A stretch of DNA of 64,000 bases from Euglena gracilis (lineage: Eukaryota). The stretch lies in NCBI GenBank assembly GCA_039621445.1, contig CP154954.1:25804954-25868953 (forward strand), in the 5' to 3' direction. The position numbers were made by a program, and so were the translations under genes. Shown here in pieces: positions 41,101 through 52,723 of this stretch. Every line of letters starts with the position of its first letter. The stretch's first letter is position 1. The notes beneath the pieces were generated by a model. That model did not search any database and was not told the origin of the DNA. It saw only the letters and a program-made list of their open reading frames with translations.

Positions 41101-43815
41101 ATCTGTTGCACCAAGGAGCTAAATTTCAAAACCGACCTCGTGGCTTATTCAGAAAAAGAATTCAGCAAGGTTTTGTTTGAGAAACCAAGGTTTTCTCCAT
41201 TTATCAGTGTGTATTGAGTTTCTCAAGGCGCCCAATTTTGAGGTGAATCGTTCCCCTGTTTGCGTGTTTCTTTTCTTTTCAATCTTTTGGTTTTTGATAT
41301 CCGTCTGCAGGGGGTACAGTTCGAGAAACAGGCGAGTGCGTTCAGCAAAAGGTTCGGGTGGTTACACGAAGACTTTGAATGGAGGGAGAAAAAGTTGTGC
41401 AACAAAATAAAACGGTAAACCACAAAAGTATGAGAAAATACAGCAAAAGATTACATATTTTCTCATTGCTACATTAATCAGGGAAGGCAGCACATTTAAA
41501 AGAACAAGCACAACCCCCCCCCCCTGGTGTACACGCAAAGCGACCTTGCATTTGCATTTGCAAGCTGACAAACGACCCGGTAGTGCCCACGAGAAAGATG
41601 AAAATTTTAGAAGATGACAAGGTGGCCATCATTCTTCAGGGTTATTGATGACATTACAAGTAAACTTCGGGGTGCTGAGCGGCGACGCACGTACTTCAAG
41701 AACTTCCAGGTAAAGAATCGAGATGATACGGGAGGTTATGTATCAGGCGTATGCTCTCTGCCCTTCCAATGAGGAAGTAGGCATGAGAGCGGATCCTATT
41801 AGGATCTTCTCACTCTCTCCTTCTGTCTCCACAGGTGGTATTCTTTTATACTCCGCATTTTGCCCTTCTTCCTCGGACTTATTACAGTCCATTATCCTTT
41901 CCCCCTCTTCTCTGTGTGCTTTGCTTCTCGGGGAAGTTGGGAAAAGGGTTTTTCTGTTACTAATATTTTCAGTTTCCTAAGTAGGTGCAACAAGGCGAAA
42001 GCGAAGGCGTTTCGGCAATTGGGAATTTGGAATAAGACGTACACTTGGTAGCAGATTAGCCGACGATCATACACGTACAGCAGGTACAGAAAGAAAGGCT
42101 ATCAAGTATTACACTTGGTAGCGCATTGGATCGATCCTACGCTGAATGGCAGCGAAGGGCCCCTGCACCGTTATTACACAGTTGCAGCGTCAGCTCCCGG
42201 CTTCTAGTCAACGTCTAACCAGACGAGCAGGCCCCGGAAGTCTCTGTACGGTATTGCCCGTTACAGCCCTCTGGTGCCAGCACAACTGTTTATTTTTGTC
42301 GGTTTTTGCTGTTTTTGCCATCGAAAAGACGCAAAGCACAGGCCTCAACACTCCATTCAACTATGATTTACTACAAGCATAATTGCAATCAATTCACCAA
42401 GAAACAGGGGATTGGAAGATATTATGTGAAAGTGCTTCTCGTTCCCACGCCGACGAGACACAATTGGTTCAATTGTCAAGATTGCAAACAATTGTGCTCA
42501 TTGACAGTGGTCCGCGATGAGCCCTCCACATCACTGGCATCAGCGGCCAATGCGGCCTCTTCCGCACTCACCTTGCCACAACGGGGGTGTTCGCCTCTGT
42601 CTGCGACAATGGTGCAGCTGCTCACACACACAGGAGAGACACGTGGTGATTCCTCCACGGGGCTTCTCTGGTGATGGTGGGCTGGAAACCCTGTGTTTTT
42701 TTTCAACCACCACCCGCTGTTCCACCGGCAAACCCTTACAGAGCTTATCCACCAACACCCGAGCATGGGTGTTATCCCGCACTACCTTGGCATCCGGAGA
42801 TCGCCTAGTGGTACCGGAATTCTCTGGTGCATCCCAAACCATGGATGGCCAGGGCAAGGGCACTGGGCGCTGAGGATGTGCAGGATATCGTTGCTCGGCT
42901 TCCAGGGGATCACCCCCTTGTGAGGCAGTTCAACCAAGTGCAACAACGTGTTGCAGATTGTGCAACCGCACTGAACAAAAGTGCTCCAGTTTAATAAGGA
43001 CAACCAGAAACACGTCTTTACCAGCTGGAATACTGCTGGAATTACTTTCAGGAAGTTGGCATATGCTGTCAGCAGATTTTCGAAAGTGCAGGTATTGACC
43101 TTGCAAACTTTCGGGAAACTTCTGACGAAATGTGTCAACAACTCCCGCAAAACTTCCAGCAAATTAGTGAATGCATGCATGAAGCGGAAACGCGGAATGA
43201 CTCACGTTTCTGCACTTGCACGACACACTACAGCAATTATCGTGACAAATGCAATCCTGTTCATCCATGTTGTTGCATTTGCAACAACAGCGGCATACAC
43301 GAGATTCCTCGTCTGTAACAACCAGCATTGGTGGATTTGTGCCTATTGACCATTTCACTAATCCGGGAACGCAGACCTGCAGGCATGGACTGCATTTCCG
43401 TTACTTTGGTGGACACCGAGGCATACCAGGTCCGGAGTTCCGCAATAGCTGTTTGAATACAGCTAATGTCCGGAACTCGTGGGTAAGTGCAGAATAGCTT
43501 TGTTGCAAGCCAACAATGACCAAATTATTCCTGCCAATGTCGAATTGTAACTGTAATTGCAGGGAATCCTGTCATTGTGCTACGACCGCTACTTTTGAAC
43601 TCAGAAAATAAATATTCCAACCCGATTCGCGTCACAATAGCAGGTTTTCTGCTCCACACAGGAACGTCGCCCCACCGACTGCCGCACATACGTGTGGGGA
43701 GCAAAATTCTCGTTGGCGTATGACTGGAATTGCCGAAAATTTCCCTTTGTTCGCACAACTGCATAATGCGGTGTTGCGATTCATGGAAAGTCAGAGTGTT
43801 TTATGACAAAATGCT

Positions 43816-46248
43816 TTGAAAACCTTTCAAGGTTTCTGCAACACCCTATTACGACTTCAGGAATCGGTGAATCGGAATGCTGGATCCACGCAAGGTGAGA
43901 TTACCAGGTTTGATGACCAAACTTACGAGCTGTCGGATAAACCACGACTGGAAAAGTTTCCCGTGGGTACCACAACCGCGTTTCCTGATAACCCTGCACC
44001 GATTGCACCAGACCAGCCAAGGTAACACCACCTCTGCAGATTCTCTCAAACGCTGTAAAATCATTAACGGGACAACTCCAAATATTGGATGAGTCTCAGG
44101 GAAACTTGTACAAGATGTCACCGGAATTTCCGAAAGGATTCAGCATTTGGAAGATTTCTCCCGTTACCGCAGGCGTATTCACGCTTTGGAGCAAGAGACT
44201 GACCGTATTTGCGGCCACCTCCAGCCTGTTGAGCATTTGAAACAAAGTGTGCATGACTTGTCTGTGAGTGTGGACAATTTGTCCAACCAACAGCGGGTTT
44301 CACACCGCATTCCGGCAGTATACTTTGCCAAATATGTGCCAAATGTATCAGAGTGGCGTTACCAAAACCCGACTCCAGGTGAACATGCACAACCACCACC
44401 AGCGTCAGTGTGTCGCAATCCGCGATTACGCGAATTGTGCAACCGTTGTCCTTGCCCACACCACAATCCCAGTTTTCGGGTAACTTTACCATGACGGGAA
44501 CAAAATTCTCGGAAAACACGGCGATTCCGACGAGTCTCCAGCAAGAAATACAACATTTCATGCTTGTGCGTGGAATGAGCCAAACCCATCCGCTGGGACT
44601 GGGTCACATGTCGCCTGCGCGACATACCCCCACACCGGAGAGTCCCCGTACTACTGGTGACCAACAGGGTTTGCGACCGGATCTCAGGTACCATGAATCA
44701 CCTTCACCAGAAATTTCGCCACTCCGACAAGAATCCGGGAGAGATACGTTCGGTGTTCGAGCGTATCCGGGACCAAACCACTGAATACAACCGAGGGTCA
44801 ACGGGTTCCTCAGAAAGACATCAAGGGCACCATCGCAATCGCGAACAAGGTGAAACCCCAATGGGACGGAGATCCACCCATATGGAGACAGTTTTTCCGG
44901 GACTGGGAGTATTACTGGGCATTGAAAGGACCAACCCAGGACACAAACCCGGAGGTGATCAAGATGAAATTCATCGATTGCCTCCTAAGCGATGAGAAGG
45001 AGCGCGCACGACAACTTGTCATTCGCAACCGCAGTTCCTTTGACGACCTGGAGGAGCAATACGCTTCCAACAGTTCAAGTTTGGTCGCTAAGATTCCCCT
45101 AGAGACCAAGTGGCGGCAATGCGCCGCACCCGATCGCAAATGGAAGTCAATTGACCTCTGGTATGCCAAATTGTTAGGACTTACCGCTGAAGTGGACGAA
45201 CTGAGTGAAAAGCAAATGCGCGAACAGTTTAACGCTGTTCTAATGCATTTCACGCCCAGCCTCACAAAGGATATCCACCGTGAGGAGTTGGCGGGTCTTG
45301 CAATGAGCCTTGACCAACGCTGGAACTAAGTATCCAAAAAGTTGAAGGTATCACAGCTTCTTTTTCAGATTCAAATCGCGTTTAACGCACATCCGACCGC
45401 TGGATTACCGGCTGGTTTGGTGAAAGAATTGCAGAAATCACCCGTTTCACCCACTTCACCAACCACTGGAGCGAAAACGCGATATCCGCGTTCTTCTGAC
45501 CAAGCCACGGAAAAAGTTTGCTTTTTGTGCAATAAATCGGGACTTACGTCTCGGGAATGCCCTAATCCGGATGCGCGAAAGCGTGTTCAGTGTCTGCGGG
45601 GCTCGGCCTTGTCACGGGGTTCGGGTTCCTCCGCATTTTCAAGCCAAATGGGCAATTCACGGTCATTGGGTCCCAGTTCTGGCGGTGTAGCCCCCTGTTC
45701 TCGTTCCGCGATGAGCGCAGCCACGGTACCCCTCGATGTTGGTACCCCGGTGCCCCAGCCAAGAAGCGGGATTCCTATTGCGAGACATCGCGATCGCGTT
45801 CGCGAAGCAGATCACCCTCTTCGCGATCCTCATCAGGAAAATCCCATACACCCGTGATGGTCGACGGGATACCCGCTCACCACGACGGTTTGAAGGGAAA
45901 TGGGGAAACTGATCCCCCCGTTGCACAGAATCGCAACACAAATCCCTGCGTTCGCTTTGATGATCGAGTGATCACCACTCATCCTAGTGTCCAAGATCTC
46001 GTTCTCCCCGCCCTGGCCAACATCATCGCGGTATGAATCGCGGTGACAAGTGTCACTCCTCCAACCGCCATAAAGTTGGTTTCAAGACATCTTGTTTGGA
46101 GGATGACACCCCGGCTTGGGGCAGGGAGGAGGATGTAACCAGGGATACGGATTTCGACGAAGCCCTGATGGCGGTGTGCACGTTGAAATCCGTCTATACC
46201 TCCAAAAAGCCCATAGCTGGCAACTCGGCCGTTTCGGACCGGGAGTAG
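43816..46248 (+). pseudogene. Decayed retrotransposon gag-like region
   Basis: Contains KPQWDGDPPIWRQFFRDWEYYW (from 44850) and a degenerate zinc knuckle CFLCNKSGLTSREC (about 45520-45560). There are several stops and frameshifts. Confidence 0.7.
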
Positions 46249-46249
46249 G

Positions 46250-47000
46250 GGAACCCGAGGTCCAAGGCACGGAACTCTGGGCTGATGAACAGACGGAGGT
46301 AGGACTGGAACCCTCAACAAAAAGCACATACTTTTTGAACGCGGATAATACCGTCCGCACATCGCGATAATGCACGTCCAGGATATCCTTGCCCGATTTC
46401 GCAGATGGCGGTTGGTTTCCCGCCAGTACACAATCGATGTACACCAGAGCAAACGGTAAATCGCGCAAAACCCACTGGATCATGCGTTGAAACATGGCTG
46501 GGCCATTCTGAACACCCATGGGGAGTTAAGTCCATTGGTACACACCCTTGGATGTCACGAATGCAGTTTTCGGTTGTGAATCAGGATGCAAATGCATCTG
46601 ATGAAAACCGTCTTCCAGAACAAAGATCGACTACAATCCGTTATCCTATTTTCTGGTTATCAACTCTTCGATCAGAGGAAACGGGAAGGGTTCATCCTTA
46701 AATTATGAGTTCAGGTACCGGTAATCCAGAACCTGCCTCCACTTCTTCTGACCAGACTGTTGAGGGGTTTGGGCACCACAAAAGCCTGTGATGTCACTCG
46801 CTCTTGGAAGGGTCGCGATTTTCGTGGTGTACTGGATAACCCAGTTTACGCCTGCGAACATCGACCCCGCGATTCGCGGTCCCTTCGGTGTTTTCAAAAT
46901 TGAGCTCAAGGATGGTGCTAAGCCCATGCACCGGAAACTGTTCAGTTTTTCAGGTGAACGCAAACAAGCTCTCAACCAGATGCTTGAGAAGCTCATATGT
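46250..47000 (-). pseudogene. Ty3/Gypsy-like reverse transcriptase fragments, rearranged
   Basis: Minus strand: KKWRQVLDYRYLNS (46705-46750) and PMGVQNGPAMFQRMIQWVLRDLPFALVYIDC (degenerate YxDD). The RT N-terminal piece FKIELKDGAKPMHRK is on the plus strand (about 46830-47000). Confidence 0.8.
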
Positions 47001-47118
47001 GGCCTTGGGGTGTTGACCAGCACTCTCAATGACTGCAGAAATTTGTGTTGAGGGTTTGGTTGTATCCCCATTGGTACCAAGGGATCTTGGCACACGCAAA
47101 TCGGACATTCGGAATGTG

Positions 47119-47500
47119 TCAAAGAAACAAACACAAAAAAATTTTTTCTTTAATGGGTGGTAATAATATGTCACAAAAATCAGCAGGTAAATCCCACCAA
47201 CGAAAACACACATAGGACAAATTTGGAAGCCAATCCGTATTCGGATTGACGGGTATGAGGAGAGCTCCTCGCGCTTCATCGCGGAAATTTTTCCCCAATA
47301 CAACCAGGATGAGTTTTGGGGGAGGGTGCATCCAAAGCACCCTAACGCCCCAAAATTTAATAAATGCGTTGGTGTGTCGGGGCAATATAGCGAGAAGCGC
47401 ACATGCGCTTTTGATGAAAACGCATCAATTTCCAACGACAAATCGAAAAAATCTAATCCGAGTTTTTGGAGAACCATTCCTCAAAAAAAAACGGTATTAA
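47119..47500 (-). pseudogene. Dam-like N6-adenine methyltransferase domain of retroelement (DIRS-MT) type, frameshifted
   Basis: EIDAFSSK..F..Y / NAFIKFW....LWMHPPPKLILVVLGK..RDEARGALLIP.....WLPNL follows the recalled pattern DxFAS...DAF...W...xPP..LI..VL.K....P.W...W.P.L. Confidence 0.65.
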
Positions 47501-48250
47501 CCAAAATGTAATTTGTTCCATACGTACATTACGTATGTGTCGACCTGGTTCGCGGGCTGAAGAGCGATAACACAATTCAGGGATCCGCAAACATAGGTCA
47601 AGGTTGTGTCATCCACACTGCAAAGGGGAAATCCCAAGGGTTGATGGGTTGTCTGAGTGCCTTCCCGGTCCACATTGTGCCAGATGGAGGTGGGGGAGGT
47701 GTGTGACATGGATTTCGCGCTCCCAAACAGCAATGCAATACCTCGTTGCTGTAGCACTTGATGTAACGTCGCGCATTGCGAGGCGCAATCAAGTGTGTGG
47801 GTGGGCGAAAACATGACTAGTGTTGGTGTTTGGAATAAAGATTAGAATTAATAAATTCTTCGACACACTAGAAGGATTAATTAATTTTAATATTAAGAAA
47901 AATTAATTATTCGACACATTAGAAGGAAGTGTCGGAGTAGTGGTCCGGGTCGCGCATGTTGGTCTGGTGGGGGTGTGTGTAAAAGTTGGGACGCGCTTCT
48001 GTAGCTGCTGGGGGGTGTAAAGATGTATCTGAAAGCGACACATCTGGTGGAAAACTGTTTACGTTGGTTGTCACCACCCGCCGTTGGACGGCCACGGGGC
48101 AGCTCATACTACTTGCCGTGGCTCGTCCTCAGGCAGGGAACTGCGCACATGGTCCGGCCAACCAGTGTCTCGTCCATTTGCGCAATTGCGCGCGCCGAAC
48201 GATCCCCGCGGTATGCCCTCTGCCCGTAGGGATCCTTCAGGACTCACACG

Positions 48251-48322
48251 GCGGGACCTGGGTCTCGAACCCACGACCTCCCGCGTGTGAGCCCAGCACC
48301 TTACCGAATAAGCTACTCGAGC
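48251..48322 (-). other. tRNA-derived segment within the LTR (not a functional tRNA)
   Basis: The minus strand reads GCTCGAG TAGCTTATTCGGTAAGG TGCTGGG CTCACAC GCGGGAGGTC GTGGGTTCGAGACCCAG. It shows an A box/D-loop, a CAC anticodon-like loop and a B box/T-arm. The acceptor and anticodon stems pair poorly. Confidence 0.7.
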
Positions 48323-48940
48323 GATACTCGGCTTGGTACTACGCGCCGGCTACCAACCTCCGTAGGATCTCCCGTCTGCCGCACACACTCCCCTCCCAAG
48401 AGCCTTACTACACTAGCCCACTGCGTCACTATGGCCGTTGCCCCTGCAGCTCGGGTTATGCCTCACACGGCCCTAGTTGGCTGAGTGCTTCTCACGAGTA
48501 CTGCGTCACCAGGCTGCCGACCCCTGCAGCTCGGGTTTGCTATTGCCGGCAGTTTACGTGTTGTCGACTTCAACGGGCTCTGCCGCCTTGGAGCGTCCCC
48601 CTTTGCATCGGCTTGAGACTTTGGAACGGTGTAGGAGTTTCAGTCGCCCTAGACTCGGCGCGTCCGCCTCCGCCTTCCGGGCGCCGTGGGGTCAGGCTCT
48701 GATTTACCGGTTCGTGTTGCATTAGACGGGTTCCCCTGCTACGATGTTTACGTTGGTTGTCACCACCCGCCGTTGGACGGCCACGGGGCAGCTCATATTA
48801 CTTGCCGTGGCTCGTCCTCAGGCGGGGAACTGCGCACATGGTCCGGCCAACCAGTGTCTCGTCCATTTGCGCAATTGCGCGCGCCGAACGATCCCCGCGG
48901 TATGCCCTCTGCCTGTACGGGATCGTTCAGGACTCACACG

Positions 48941-49012
48941 GCAGGACCTGGGTCTCGAACCCACGACCTCCCGCGTGTGAGCCCAGCACCTTACCGAATA
49001 AGCTACTCGAGC
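48941..49012 (-). other. tRNA-derived segment within the second LTR
   Basis: Copy of 48251-48322. Confidence 0.7.
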
Positions 49013-50460
49013 GATACTCGGCTTGGTACTACGCGCCGGCTACCAACCTCCGTAGGATCTCCCGTCTGCCGCGCACAAAAACCTGGTATTGGTGCTGCTG
49101 GGCGACTACGCGACACCGTACCTACTTCAGGCCTTCGGGATTTCGACTTGAAACCCAGTGGAACGAGGGGGACACCGCTGCTCGCTTACCCTGCCTCATG
49201 GGGTACGGTAGTTGGTGTAACAATGGGCATGGGGGTAACTTTCTCGGTCCACCGGGTGTAGAAAACGTTTGTAGGTATAGTTGGTAACGGGGAAAATCTT
49301 TTTGGAAAACGGTATAGAAACGGTATGGTCGTCGCGGTTGACGCCACAGGTGATGAGAGTTTGTGGGGCAACGAACAGAATGGTGATGTGCGCAACCCAT
49401 GGGAGTGCCAATCCACTACCAGCCGGTGCTGACATAAAAGGGGTATCCCAGAATTACTTCAGAACCATGGATTCCGGATTTATATCCCCATGTATCTGGA
49501 AAAATTTGCGGGTGGGGGGGCGTGTGTGGTGCTTTGGGAGGAGGGATAGGAAAAAATGTTTGAGCAGAGTGGGATAAAACGGAGGAGGAAAGAAATGTGA
49601 AAATGAATTAAATTGAAAAGGTCCATATTTTACGCAATGAGATTATGTGAATAAACAACAACAAAAATGGCAATGTCACACCTGTCCTGCCAAAACGGAC
49701 ACCTCACAAAACGTAAAACCTGCAGAAAATTCATCGGGAAATCAAAATGTTTTTCGAATGTGAACAGGACTGAGCGAGAAGTTTTTTTTTAACCATTGAA
49801 ACACTGTGTTTGTCTTTTTACTGCCAAGCCTTGATCTTGTGGGGCAATAAAGACAGGAAATGAACATCTTTGACAACAAAGGACGCGTTTTGGAGGATGC
49901 AGATTCCATGATTTACAAAGGAATGTAATAAAACAGGCACTGTGCTGTTTTTAAATTGCAATGCGAACCCAGAAAAGGGTCATAGTCGGTTTAGTTGTGG
50001 ATGCTGATGGCAATGGCAGTACAATATGAGTGACTACAATTTCTTGGGCTCTGGGTTTGGGTTTGTATCTGGGGTCCTTCAAATTTCGGTGCTGCTTCCT
50101 TGTGTATTCCATTGCACGTACTGGGACGGTGGTGGATAAAGGGCAGCGGAGACATTCATTTCTGCGCTTCATTGCGCTCCCTGGGTGGGGATGGAGGGAC
50201 AAAGACCCAAGCGCACCCTCACCCGCTCATTTGCGACCCACTCCCGCCGCACCGTTTGCCCGACGCCATTCGCTGACTGCAGCCAATGGCCGTCCGCCAA
50301 CCCCTCCCCAGTGAGGTCTGCCGGCGTCCGTTGCAACACAACCGTCAGGGCGGGGTTTGATTGTCGGGCTTTCCATCCAGTACAGGCCACGCGCCACCCG
50401 AACTGTTCCTTGGGCCGCACTACTGGCCGCGGGATGTGTCTCGAAGAAAATCCCCCCGGC

Positions 50461-50863
50461 CAGGCTTTTGCTTAAGGGATTGCAGTGCCCCCCCTGGGGG
50501 GGGGGGGCTGGATTGCAGCTAGTCCAAAATTTGGCTAGTGGGGTTTCTAGGAGAGGGAGGGGGATTTCCCGGGGGAGGGTCTGCTAGCAGGGCTAGCTAG
50601 TGGGAAATTTTTTTCCAGTGACCGGCGCGAATCCCCGAAGTTTTTTTGGGACCCCCAAAAATGGCCAAAAATGCCCGTTTTTGGCTATTTTTGGGAATTT
50701 TTGGAACAAAATCAGCCAAAAACCTATTAAAAACCTCATTTTTAAGACCTAGCTAGACCCCCCTCCCCCCCGGGGGGGGGAGGGGGGTCTAGCTAGTCCA
50801 CTTTTTCCAGTGTCTAGCCGATTGGCTAGCCAGTACCCCCCGGGGTCCTTAAGCAAAAGCCTG
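50461..50863. mobile_element. hAT-type MITE
   Basis: Perfect 17-bp TIR CAGGCTTTTGCTTAAGG and perfect 8-bp TSD CCCCCGGC (50453-60 and 50864-71). GCTAG subterminal motifs are present. Confidence 0.9.
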
Positions 50864-50942
50864 CCCCCGGCGAACAATGAACAGTGAATAGTCGCGGGGT
50901 CGTGTTTGGTGAGTGTTGCTGTAGCACAGCCTGTCATGAGCA

Positions 50943-51395
50943 GGTAAAACCCCCGCAAAAAATAACCCCCCCCAAAAATAAGACCCCCCCAAAATAAGAC
51001 TCCCCCTGGGCCGATCGAGCAAAAATCCAAAAATAAGACCCCCCCATAAATAAGACCCCCCCCCGACGGCGCGAAGCGCCGGGGACGGTGAAAATTTTCC
51101 TTAAAGTTTACCAAAAACCCCAATTTCATACACAAAAACGATGAAATTTCAAAATTTTCAGATTTTTGAAGTGCAAAAAGCATGCTAAATGTCAATTTAC
51201 ACCAATTTACACATGCCGCGGAGCTCCGAACAAAAAATTATAGTGCTCTTGGGAGCCTGAAAAATGGTGCTTTTTTCGGGCCCGGGTCAGTCAAGAAAAA
51301 TCCAAAAATAAGCCCCCCCCCAATAATATGACCCCCCCCTGGAAGCCAACGGACCCAAAAATAAGACCCGGGTCTTATTTTTGGGGGGAATTACC
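50943..51395. mobile_element. MITE-like element with AAAATAAGACCC subrepeats
   Basis: Imperfect TIR GGTAA..CCCCC..AAAAATAA. Related motifs occur at about 1464-1795. Confidence 0.5.
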
Positions 51396-52407
51396 CCTGG
51401 CACCCCCGGAGCAGATTTTAAAAAAGGCACGCGCGGCACTCGAGGTTGTCCTTGCCAGTGTCAAACCCCATCCCCGACCCCGGCGGCGTTTTCTTTTTGT
51501 CCCTTGCTGCGCCTGTGCCACACAGACGATTGTCCGTGGACCGGGGCATCACGGCACACGAGCAGGCACTCGTCGCACTTCTTCGCGGTAATTCCTCCGT
51601 CCCCTCTTGGGACGCCTTCGGCAATCACGCAGTCTCCTCATTCAGGCCTCAGATCTGTAAAAAATCTCTCCCGACATAAAATCTTTGAAAGTGAGCAGCT
51701 GATCGGGTTGGTGAGACCCTGAAAAAGCACCCTAAGAAAGAATGAAGTCGAAGAAATTTGGGATGGGCGATGGGCACTGTCCAAAAGCATTCTGCCGGAC
51801 CTGATTACACGTGGTGGCATTGCAACCCTTGGCGTGGCGAGACAGGGTTCGAAATAAGGAAAGTGGACAGGATTCAGTTTGGGCCCACCCCTCCCCCCAA
51901 ACCGGAGGGGGGGGTCTACACCAACCTGGGGAGAAGGACCCCCCAAAAGGTCAAATTTTTCCTTCTTTTACCCCAATTTTATTTACTTTTTGGCATTTTT
52001 GAAAAATGTTTTTTGGCAAAAATGCAATTTAATGCATTTTTTCCAAAGAAATGCCCGAAAATGGCATTTTCTGGCCGAATTGAATTGAATTGGGAGGCAA
52101 AAAAATTAGCCAGTCCAAAATCGGTCAGCCAAACCGCCAATGCCCCCCCTGGACAGGGGGTCAACCCACCCTCTGTCCTGCGCTTATATTGAACCCTGGA
52201 TGCAGGCCAATGTACCTGACCCCCACCCACCCCCACGCCTGTCTTGACACCGCCATTCCGGTGGATGGCTCTGGTGCTCGTCGCGTGGTCCCAATCGGTC
52301 TTGTGCTGCCACCATCTGGGGTCACATTTTATGGGCAGGCTTGATTGATTTCCGAAATGGTCTCGGTGACCACAACATCAGATTTCATTCACATTGCAGA
52401 ACCGGTT

Positions 52408-52723
<316 letters not shown>

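Larger units (their letters stand above)
48056..49077 (-). mobile_element. Intact TRIM (non-autonomous LTR retrotransposon), 1022 bp
   Basis: Near-identical TG...CA LTRs at 48056-48387 and 48745-49077. The TSD AAAAC is at 48051-55 and 49078-82. The PPT is GGGAGGGGAG (minus, 48388-97), and a PBS-like TCGTAGCAGGGGAACC (minus, 48729-44) abuts the other LTR. The 357-bp interior is non-coding. Confidence 0.92.

Noticed and set aside
48251-48322. Functional tRNA-Val gene
   Set aside because: The acceptor and anticodon stems do not pair, and it is duplicated as part of the LTRs.
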